From the NCBI GenBank assembly GCA_040289575.1, contig PSLL01000049.1:1-12575 (forward strand): a DNA stretch of 12,575 bases, in the 5' to 3' direction. The translations under genes and the position numbers were made by a program. Positions 1 to 6,741 of the stretch are shown here, piece after piece (within the stretch, counting starts at the first letter, position 1; each line of letters begins with the position of its first letter). Below the pieces are notes generated by a model. It was not told where the DNA came from. It searched no databases and saw nothing but the letters and a program-made list of their open reading frames with translations. This stretch comes from Candidatus Dadabacteria bacterium (GTDB taxonomy: Bacteria > Desulfobacterota_D > UBA1144 > Nemesobacterales > CSP1-2).

Positions 1-42
1 TGGCCCAAAGTAGCCGATTGGCTAATAGAAAGATCTAAGTAA
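1..42 (+). CDS. 3' end of an upstream gene, probably alpha/beta-hydrolase fold (PhaC-like C-terminus)
   Basis: Frame 1 reads WPKVADWLIERSK* (TAA 40-42), resembling the terminal helix W-P-x-[VI]-x-x-W-L-x-E-R-S of alpha/beta hydrolases and class III PHA synthases. Only 13 residues are visible. Confidence 0.5.
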   Translation, partial: WPKVADWLIERSK

Positions 43-60
43 ACTGATTCTAACGCCATA

Positions 61-85
61 AGGGGCGGTTTCCAAACTGCCCTGC
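61..85. repeat. GC-rich palindrome, GTAG-family REP-like; may also act as terminator or RNA stabiliser
   Basis: GGGCGGTTT (63-71) cc AAACTGCCC (74-82) forms a hairpin with one G-U pair, about 20 nt after the upstream stop. Shares AGGGGCGGTT with the minus-strand copy at 11102-11111. Confidence 0.55.
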
Positions 86-87
86 AA

Positions 88-119
88 TTGCTTGAATTTT
101 CCCCCAAATATTATAAACT
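88..119 (+). promoter_or_regulatory. Putative sigma-70 promoter for the methyltransferase-dapF unit
   Basis: TTGCTT (88-93)-N18-TATAAA (112-117), or TTGAAT (92-97)-N16-TAAACT (114-119), upstream of an AGAGGA Shine-Dalgarno at 144-149. Confidence 0.35.
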
Positions 120-942
120 TTTTTTTAAATCTCGGATTCTCAAAGAGGACCCCCACATTCAGGGAAAGCAGATCAAAGAGCGCATAAAAAAGCAATTTGG
201 AACTCAAGCCTCATACTACGCCAAAAGCAAACCCCACTCAAGCGGGGATTCCCTACAACTAATAGTCTCCTGGGCAGAGCCAAATGGCGATGAGATAATG
301 CTTGATATCGCAACCGGCACAGGATTTACCGCCTTTGCTTTTGCCCCTTATGTGTCAAGAGTAATAGCCCTTGACATTACCCCAGAGATGATAGACCAAG
401 CTAAAGCCATCGCTTTTGATAAGAGAATTACAAACATATCCTTTCAGGTCGGCGAATCGGAGAGACTCCCATTTAAAGATGGTATTTTCAATATCGTTAC
501 GTGCCGAATCGCAGCCCATCATTTTGTGGATATAAAGGGTTTTCTAAGCGAAGTAAAAAGGGTTCTGGTTCCCGGTGGAAGATTCCTCTTGGTGGATTCA
601 TGTTCACCTGAGAATAAAGAGATAAACAGATGGCATAATCATATTGAAAAATTAAGGGATCCCTCTCATGTCACGAATTATCTTCCAAGTGCATGGGAAG
701 GCATGGTTGAAGAATCTGGAATGGTTATTGAAAAAATAGATGCCGAGGTATGCAGAACCTACCTGAGTTTTTCAGACTGGACAAGAACCGCGGGGTGCAG
801 TGAAAAGGTTAAAGAAGAACTGCTCGCGCTCTTTCGTTCCGCCCCAAGGTATATATCGGATGCATTTCAAATTTATGAGGAAAACGGGGATATACATTTC
901 TCATGGCCTCTTATCCTAGTAAAGGCAAGAAAACTTCAGTAA
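88..942 (+). CDS. Class I SAM-dependent methyltransferase (Methyltransf_11, YcgJ/UbiE-like); true start may be near 157
   Basis: Motif I MLDIATGTGFTA, post-I VIALDITPEMI, motif II ERLPFKDGIFNIVTCRIAAHHF, motif III EVKRVLVPGG. KKQFG and EKLRDPSHV are typical of the YcgJ-like subfamily. Confidence 0.88.
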   Translation: MLEFSPKYYKLFFKSRILKEDPHIQGKQIKERIKKQFGTQASYYAKSKPHSSGDSLQLIVSWAEPNGDEIMLDIATGTGFTAFAFAPYVSRVIALDITPEMIDQAKAIAFDKRITNISFQVGESERLPFKDGIFNIVTCRIAAHHFVDIKGFLSEVKRVLVPGGRFLLVDSCSPENKEINRWHNHIEKLRDPSHVTNYLPSAWEGMVEESGMVIEKIDAEVCRTYLSFSDWTRTAGCSEKVKEELLALFRSAPRYISDAFQIYEENGDIHFSWPLILVKARKLQ

Positions 943-960
943 TCAGTAAAAGGAAGCCAC

Positions 961-1836
961 ATGAACCGATTTGTTAAATCCCACGGTCTGGGAAACGATT
1001 ACTTCGTTCTGGATAAATCCGATATCTCATTTGAGCTCAATCCAGAGATTATAAAGCTCCTCTGCCATAGAAACTACGGAATCGGTTCAGATGGAATACT
1101 TCTTCTTGTGCCATCCGATAGAGCCGACTTTGGTCTCAGGATTTTCAATCCCGACGGAAGCGCCGCGGAAAAGAGCGGAAATGGACTCAGAATTTTTGCC
1201 AAATTTCTTTATGAGCACGGATATACAAAAAAGGATTCATTCAGCATAGATACACCCGGAGGTGTCGTCACAGCCGAGATAGAGATCAAAGATGACAGAG
1301 TACCATCCGTCACAGTAGAGATGGGAAGAGCTACTTTTTGGAGTAGCCTAATTCCGGTTGAAGGAGTCGACAGAGAAGTGATTGGGGAGGAGATTAGAAT
1401 AAACGGTGAAATACTCAAATTCACAGCGGTCTCGGTTGGAAATCCACACTGTGTTGTTTTTGTTGATGAACTAGATGAAGGCTATGCCCGAAAACTGGGT
1501 CCTATACTTGAGACACATCCAATCTTTCCCAATCGCACCAATGTCCAGTTCGCTAAAGTCGCTTCAAGGGATAGGGTGAGTATCCTTATATGGGAAAGGG
1601 GAGCCGGATATACGCTTGCCTCGGGAAGCAGTTCATGCGCGGTGGCGGCGGCGTGTATGAGAAATGGTTTTACGGACAGATATGTGACAGTCTACATGCC
1701 CGGCGGAGAACTACAGGTCGAGATTAGAGAAGACTGGTCAATAAAGATGCGTGGTCCTGTAGAGGAAATCTCCTCTGGCACGATTAGCAAAGACCTATTA
1801 GAAAGAATTGAAAAAATCCATTCTACCTCTGGTTAA
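961..1836 (+). CDS. dapF: Diaminopimelate epimerase family protein, Ser/Ser active-site variant
   Basis: HGLGNDY, GIGSDG, RIFNPDGS, VGNPH, FPNRTNV and WERGAG motifs. Catalytic positions read EKS72GNG and TLAS221GSS rather than EMCGNG and TLACGTG. Confidence 0.9.
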   Translation: MNRFVKSHGLGNDYFVLDKSDISFELNPEIIKLLCHRNYGIGSDGILLLVPSDRADFGLRIFNPDGSAAEKSGNGLRIFAKFLYEHGYTKKDSFSIDTPGGVVTAEIEIKDDRVPSVTVEMGRATFWSSLIPVEGVDREVIGEEIRINGEILKFTAVSVGNPHCVVFVDELDEGYARKLGPILETHPIFPNRTNVQFAKVASRDRVSILIWERGAGYTLASGSSSCAVAAACMRNGFTDRYVTVYMPGGELQVEIREDWSIKMRGPVEEISSGTISKDLLERIEKIHSTSG

Positions 1837-1841
1837 AACAG

Positions 1842-1967
1842 ACAAGAATTGTAGGATAAACGAAATAATTAGGATACATGATACAGAATGCAAGAGGGGG
1901 ATAATATAAATCACGTATTGCGCATCATGCATCTTATACCATTTTATTCGTGTAGATTCATAACTAA
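1842..1967. repeat. Nested periodic inverted-repeat element (outer 10-mer ATTCGTG units, inner 7-mer units), degenerate copy
   Basis: Inner GATACAT-GATACAG-AATGCAA (1873-1893) against ACGTATT-GCGCATC-ATGCATC-TTATACC (1913-1940). Outer right arm ATTCGTGTAG-ATTCATAACTAA (1946-1967) matches 9656-9677. Confidence 0.6.
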
Positions 1968-1979
1968 AATAAATACCTG

Positions 1980-3209
1980 ATGGAAAAAACACTAATCTCA
2001 TCAGAGACCATTCTGCCCATTTCTTCCCCGCCCATAAATAGGGGTTTCGTCTTAATATCTGATGGAAGGATTAGAGACATTGGAGAAGCTTCGAGTTTCA
2101 AAAAAAGATATAAAAACATAAGAAGCCTTAATCTTGGAAACGGAATCCTCCTTCCTGGATTTATAAATGCCCACACCCACCTTGAGCTTGGATGGATAAA
2201 GAATAGGATTGGAAGATTCAGCGGATTTATAGATTGGCTCCAACAGATTATAAAAGCCAAGATGCAAATAATAAAAAGAGAAGAAATAGAAAAGTCAGTT
2301 GAAGATGGAATTGGTGAGCTTCTGAAAAGCGGCGTAACCACAGTCGGCGAGATTTCATCCTACGGCGGATTAGATAAGCCGTTACTTAAAAGATCAGGGT
2401 TGAGAACGGTTCTTTTCTCAGAGCTTTTTGACTGGCATGGAGACTTTTGGGAAATTTTTTCATTCGAAAAAAGCGATACATTCGAAGAAAGACCCTTTCC
2501 GCACGCGCCTTATTCATGCCCACCAGACTTTCTTAGGAAGGTTTTAGGATTCTATCATAAAAAGAGGATCCCTATGGGAATTCACCTTGCCGAAAGCCCC
2601 GATGAAGTAAAGTTCTTAAGAGGAGAGAAAAACGGTTTTGAAGAAAAGATACTCCCCATGATAGGAAAAGAGCCTTTTTCGAGGGAAAAGGCCACTAGCC
2701 CATTTGAATATCTAAACAGGTTAAGATTCTTTGAGGAAACAAAAGTCACAGCGATTCACATGGTTCACGTTCTCCCTAAGGAAATAGAAGAGATAAACAA
2801 ATATGACATCGGAATGGTCCTTTGTCCCAGGAGCAACTTCTTTCTCAATGTCGGCGCTCCGCCAGTAAAACATTATATAAACATTGATAGAATAGGAATT
2901 GGAACCGATGGGCTCTCAAGCAATCTCAATCTGGACTTCTTTGAAGAACTCAGGTTCTTCTATCTAACATTCGCAAAGAGCCTTGGTGAAAAAGCGTCAT
3001 TTTTTACCATATACTTGGCCACACTCGGAGGGGCAAAGGCGCTTTTCTTAGAAGATAGAATTGGGAGCATTGAGAAAGGAAAAGAAGCCGACCTTATCTT
3101 TCTCAATACCGGAAATCCTTCTTCCGATCCATACCTTTCAATAATCTCCTCTTGTAAAAAGGACTTGAAATTGGTTATGGTAAAAGGAAAGATAATTTAT
3201 CAAGGATAG
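1980..3209 (+). CDS. Amidohydrolase superfamily deaminase (SsnA/MtaD-like), probable aminodeoxyfutalosine deaminase
   Basis: PGFINAHTHLEL (HxH), HAPYS, HLAES, AIHMVH, CPRSN, GTDGLSSN and GSIEKGKEADL. The substrate is inferred from motif style and the nearby mqnA and mqnD. Confidence 0.8.
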   Translation: MEKTLISSETILPISSPPINRGFVLISDGRIRDIGEASSFKKRYKNIRSLNLGNGILLPGFINAHTHLELGWIKNRIGRFSGFIDWLQQIIKAKMQIIKREEIEKSVEDGIGELLKSGVTTVGEISSYGGLDKPLLKRSGLRTVLFSELFDWHGDFWEIFSFEKSDTFEERPFPHAPYSCPPDFLRKVLGFYHKKRIPMGIHLAESPDEVKFLRGEKNGFEEKILPMIGKEPFSREKATSPFEYLNRLRFFEETKVTAIHMVHVLPKEIEEINKYDIGMVLCPRSNFFLNVGAPPVKHYINIDRIGIGTDGLSSNLNLDFFEELRFFYLTFAKSLGEKASFFTIYLATLGGAKALFLEDRIGSIEKGKEADLIFLNTGNPSSDPYLSIISSCKKDLKLVMVKGKIIYQG

Positions 3210-3229
3210 AATCTAATCTCTAAATTTGC

Positions 3230-4276
3230 ATGTCCAGAGAGATATTTAAACTCTTTGTCTACGGCACGCTCCTTCAGGGAGAAATGGGAAATTGTTATCT
3301 CGATGGATGCAAACTGATTCGATCCGCAGAAATTCCAGGAAAGCTCTACGATACGGGAAGGGGTTATCCAGCAGCACTATTTGATAGCAATTCTAAAGAG
3401 ACCGTAACCGGAGAGATTTACGCCATCTGTGGGGATGCGGATAAGAAGCTAAGGGAGATAGATAAGATAGAAGGCACCGAGATTGATCTGTATAAAAGAA
3501 AACCAATATACAATAGACACCACTTTTATGTTTATGAAACTGGAGGGCTTTTGAAGAGATATATCAGAACAGAAAATAGAATTCCCTCCGGAAACTGGCG
3601 GCGTCATGGGTCTGTTGCTCTAAAGAACCCGGTCGAATTCGCTATCAGGTTTGAAAGCTCTCAGAAGCAGCGCTACAGAGAACCCCCTCCTGAATATTCT
3701 AGCGGACTCATATTCCTTAGAGGTGAAATCCCTATTCTCATTACAGCCCCTCATGCTACAAGACACCTCCGAATGGGCAAATTAAAATATCAAGAAGAAT
3801 ACACGGCGGCACTTTCCGTTATTCTCCATGCGCTCACCGGCTCCTACGTCCTATACACACACTGGGCATCAAATATTGACCCGAATTTCTATGATGATGC
3901 ACCTTTTAAAAGTAAGCTTCTTAATGTAATAAGAAAATTTGGAATCAGATTTATTCTTGATCTACATGGCACAAGAAGGGAATGGAGCGCCGACATATAT
4001 CCCGGTGTAGGAATCAACAGAGAGTTTCTTTTTGGAAACGATTTTTATCTTCACAAACTTGAACAATCAGCCAAATCAAACGACCTGGTCATCGGCGGTC
4101 TCCATATCTTTCCGGCTTCAACCCAGATGACTATAACCAAATTCATTGCGAAAAATATACAAATCCCTGCTATGCAGATTGAGATTAATGAGAGACTAAG
4201 ACACCCAGAGATTAATCCCTCCGAATTTGAAAGGCTGGTTAAATTCTTTACGGACTATATAGGCTCTATCAATTAG
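3230..4276 (+). CDS. Fusion of an N-terminal gamma-glutamylcyclotransferase (GGACT/AIG2-like) and a C-terminal Zn-dependent hydrolase (N-formylglutamate amidohydrolase / poly-gamma-glutamate hydrolase-like)
   Basis: N-terminus: LFVYGTL, GKLYDTGRGYPA, VTGEIY, IDKIEG (catalytic Glu), SGNW. C-terminus: ILITAPHA, EEYT, DPN, ILDLHG, AMQIEIN. Confidence 0.75.
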   Translation: MSREIFKLFVYGTLLQGEMGNCYLDGCKLIRSAEIPGKLYDTGRGYPAALFDSNSKETVTGEIYAICGDADKKLREIDKIEGTEIDLYKRKPIYNRHHFYVYETGGLLKRYIRTENRIPSGNWRRHGSVALKNPVEFAIRFESSQKQRYREPPPEYSSGLIFLRGEIPILITAPHATRHLRMGKLKYQEEYTAALSVILHALTGSYVLYTHWASNIDPNFYDDAPFKSKLLNVIRKFGIRFILDLHGTRREWSADIYPGVGINREFLFGNDFYLHKLEQSAKSNDLVIGGLHIFPASTQMTITKFIAKNIQIPAMQIEINERLRHPEINPSEFERLVKFFTDYIGSIN

Positions 4277-4305
4277 GGACAATTCTCCGTGATTTCCCAT
4301 TGGGA

Positions 4306-4331
4306 GGGCAGACGCAGAAGCTACCTCTACA
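4306..4331. repeat. Degenerate GTAG-type REP-like element between convergent genes
   Basis: GGGCAGACGCAGAAGCTACCTCTACA; the minus strand begins TGTAGAGG and ends GTCTGCCC. Similar to AGGCAGACACGAGGTTGTCTCCAC at 6672-6695. Confidence 0.4.
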
Positions 4332-4336
4332 CAGAA

Positions 4337-5170
4337 CTACCATTCGAGAATATCCAGTCTAGCATCTTCTTCAATAACCCCTTTTTGATTCGCCTTTTTA
4401 AAAAGAAAATCCAGCGCCTTCTTTCCGGTTTCCCCCATATCCCTCGTATAACGATTTACGTACATAAGAACAAATCTCTCGCCTAAATCTTTTCTCATTC
4501 CCCTTCCGAATTTGAGTGCGTATTCTAAGGCTTCGTCCCTGTGACTTAATCCGTAATCTATACTTTCTTTGTGGACTCTAAGAATCTCCCTTTGCAATTC
4601 TCCGTCGATGTCTCTTCTTACAACATTTATACCCAGAGGAAGCGGAAGAGAAGTACTCTTTGCCCACATCTCTCCAAGGTCAAGAACGCTTTGAAGCCCA
4701 AAACTCCTATACGTGAGTTGCCCTTCATGGATAATAAGCCCCGCCTCAACTTTATCTTCGCCCACGGCGCCCATTATCTCATCAAACGGCATTTCAACAG
4801 GGATAAAACCGTCAGCGTAGATACTAAGGAGAAGGTACGCGGTTGTGAGTTTCCCCGGTATCCCTATCTTTTTCTCTTTAAGCTCATTTAGGTACCTTTT
4901 TGCAACCACAATTGGACCATACCCCTCACCCATGCTCGCCCCGCATGAAAGGATTCTGTATTTGTCTTGAATTTGAAGATAGGCATGGGCAGAAACCGCC
5001 GTAACCTCCAGTGCGCCCCTTAAAGCCCTCCCGTTAAGGGTCTGTATGTCCTCGATTATATGAATAAAGTCAATTTTATCGGATGACACTTTTCCGCTTG
5101 CCATTCCGTAAAACATGAATGCATCATCGGCATCGGGGCTGTGTCCGAGTTTCATAGTGATTTTAGTCAA
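4337..5170 (-). CDS. mqnD: 1,4-dihydroxy-6-naphthoate synthase (futalosine pathway)
   Basis: LGHSPDADDAFMFY, DIQTLN, GASMGEGYGP, PGKLTTAYL, IIHEGQLTY (catalytic His), PLPLG and MYVN. TTG start preceded by AAGGAG. Confidence 0.93.
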   Translation of the reverse strand: MTKITMKLGHSPDADDAFMFYGMASGKVSSDKIDFIHIIEDIQTLNGRALRGALEVTAVSAHAYLQIQDKYRILSCGASMGEGYGPIVVAKRYLNELKEKKIGIPGKLTTAYLLLSIYADGFIPVEMPFDEIMGAVGEDKVEAGLIIHEGQLTYRSFGLQSVLDLGEMWAKSTSLPLPLGINVVRRDIDGELQREILRVHKESIDYGLSHRDEALEYALKFGRGMRKDLGERFVLMYVNRYTRDMGETGKKALDFLFKKANQKGVIEEDARLDILEW

Positions 5171-5506
5171 GTTATTTATCTCCTTTTAAAAATAACGTTC
5201 CACAAGATATCTTAGATTACCTGATAGTACAAACCGAATGTATCTTTCCTTAGATGAAAATCCCTTATATCACCATGAATACGCAGGATTATACACCCTA
5301 ATACGGTGTAAGATCACACAAGGAGGTATATTCTTGATATAAATTCGATATAAAGAATTAAAGATTACAGGGAATTGTCTAGTTAAACCTGAAGAACATC
5401 AACTTAATATAAGGCTTCTGTAATCATTAACATTACTTTTAAGTCCTTGTAATAGTTCAATAACAGCGAAATAAAAAATTTAAGATTTAAGGAAGATTAA
5501 CCCCGC

Positions 5507-5522
5507 TGGCACGGTTATTGCT
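5507..5522 (+). promoter_or_regulatory. Sigma-54 (RpoN) -24/-12 promoter
   Basis: TGGCACG-GTTA-TTGCT matches the consensus TGGCACG-N4-TTGCW with exact GG-N10-GC spacing. An AT-rich tract lies upstream and an ATG follows at 5570. Confidence 0.8.
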
Positions 5523-5569
5523 CCTCTAATTACACAGAATTCTAAAGGGCAAAAGAAGGTAAAGCAAGA

Positions 5570-5928
5570 ATGAGAAAAATAATTACTTTCGTTACCATTC
5601 TGGGTTTTATTGTAACCGCCGGCATGGGTCTTTCAACAATAATAAAGGGGTTCACAAGAAGAATTTACGGTATTAGGTAGGGTAGTAACAATTGAGGGAT
5701 GAAGGTATTCTTAGTATCAGTGAGGTCTTCAAGATTGCTGCAAAAAGTGACAAGCTTGCAGGTATAGAATTAGGTGATACAGTTGCTGTAAGAGATGCAG
5801 GTGGCTGAGCAGTCTCTATTAATAAGACTGGGAAGGCCGAAATGAAGCAGCACACAAAACAAAATGTTAAAGAAAACGCAACTACTGGAGATATTTCTGA
5901 AAGTGTACCTGCCGACTCTACTGAGTAA
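5570..5928 (+). pseudogene. Disrupted small secreted protein, OB-fold-like
   Basis: Three frames join as MRKIITFVTILGFIVTAGMGLSTIIK / GSQEEFTVLGRVVTIE / DEGILSISEVFKIAAKSDKLAGIELGDTVAVRDAGG*AVSINKTGK...DSTE*. Frameshifts fall near 5647-5650 and 5696-5698, with an internal TGA at 5806. Confidence 0.6.
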
Positions 5929-5944
5929 ATTGAATTAAACCTCG

Positions 5945-5987
5945 TGAAGGTAAGTGAGTTAAATATCCTATTATTCGCTTCCCTTCA
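5945..5987 (+). terminator. Degenerate stem-loop after the pseudogene
   Basis: TGAAGGTAAGTGAG (5945-5958) pairs imperfectly with TTCGCTTCCCTTCA (5974-5987), 16 nt after TAA 5928. No clear U-tract. Confidence 0.35.
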
Positions 5988-6125
5988 GTAAAACTCTATA
6001 ATTGACCATTCAAATTTCCATAAAAAAATAAGGAGGTATAAAATATGATTCAGGGGGGTAACAAAAAATGAAAAAATTTTTAATAGTGGATGTCTATAAG
6101 CCCTTGCATAAACGGGGTAAAACTA

Positions 6126-6666
6126 ATGAACAATATAAAACGATGGACGATTTTGATAGTTCCGATATTAGCTTTAGTAACGTTAAATTCACTCGCATCG
6201 GCGGTTGATATGGGAGCAAAGGAACTTGCCGAGACGTATCAGAGTTATTCACTTCGCGGCCTCCACGGGGTTCGTGTGTTGCTCACAGACTTGAATTCGG
6301 ATGCCAAACAAGAGGGGCTGATCAAAAGTGAGCTACAGACGGATGTCGAGTTGAGGCTTCGCAAGGCAGGGATCAGGGTGTTAACAGGGGAAGATGGCGT
6401 AAGACGCCGATGGTTCCTCTACTCTATGTTAAAGTGGACGCCTTGAGAGGTTCTGATATAGCCTACGCCTACTATACTAATGTCCAGCTATACCAATGGG
6501 TTTCCGTAGAGCAAACCCCTAATATAAGCGGATTCGCTGCAACTTGGTCGACTGGCTCAATAGGGATAGCCGATCGAGTAAAGCTAAGAGGACTCGTCAT
6601 AGGCTCACCGCGAGAAGTGAGGTAGACGAATTTATAAAAGCTTACTTAGCCGAGAACTTTAAATAG
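6126..6666 (+). pseudogene. Doubly frameshifted exported hypothetical protein
   Basis: Signal peptide MNNIKRWTILIVPILALVTLNSLASA, then SLRGLHGVRVLL...LQTDVELRLRKAGIRVLTGE. A shift near 6394 gives WRKTPMVPLLYVKVD...AATWSTGSIG, and a shift near 6605-6621 gives VDEFIKAYLAENFK* (TAG 6664-6666). Confidence 0.75.
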
Positions 6667-6671
6667 AGAAA

Positions 6672-6695
6672 AGGCAGACACGAGGTTGTCTCCAC
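6672..6695. repeat. REP-like hairpin at a convergent junction
   Basis: AGACA-cgaggt-TGTCT stem within AGGCAGACACGAGGTTGTCTCCAC, resembling the element at 4306-4331. Confidence 0.35.
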
Positions 6696-6741
6696 TTCAG
6701 AACGACAGATTATCAAAACCCCTGTGGTAAGCTACCAATCT

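Noticed and set aside
22..207. 61-aa minus-strand ORF
   Set aside because: It is antisense to two plus-strand genes and a palindrome, with no motif support.
88..942. Methyltransferase as menG/ubiE because mqn genes are nearby
   Set aside because: It lacks the MenG/UbiE N-terminal YDxxNxxxSxG signature and instead has YcgJ-like AAHHF and RDPSH motifs.
5806..5830. In-frame TGA followed by a CAGTCT/AGACTG hairpin, as possible selenocysteine recoding
   Set aside because: The loop has no G as expected for a bacterial SECIS, the context is not a redox motif, and the gene has two other frameshifts. A nonsense mutation is simpler.
6000..6016. TTGA-CCAT-TCAA dyad as an FNR/CRP-family site
   Set aside because: The spacing is 2 nt shorter than TTGAT-N4-ATCAA, and such a dyad is likely by chance in AT-rich DNA.
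5570..6666. Programmed frameshifting or phase variation as the explanation for the broken ORFs
   Set aside because: The homopolymer runs are only 3-4 nt, no slippery heptamer is present, and multiple lesions per gene point to decay. Assembly error cannot be excluded without reads.
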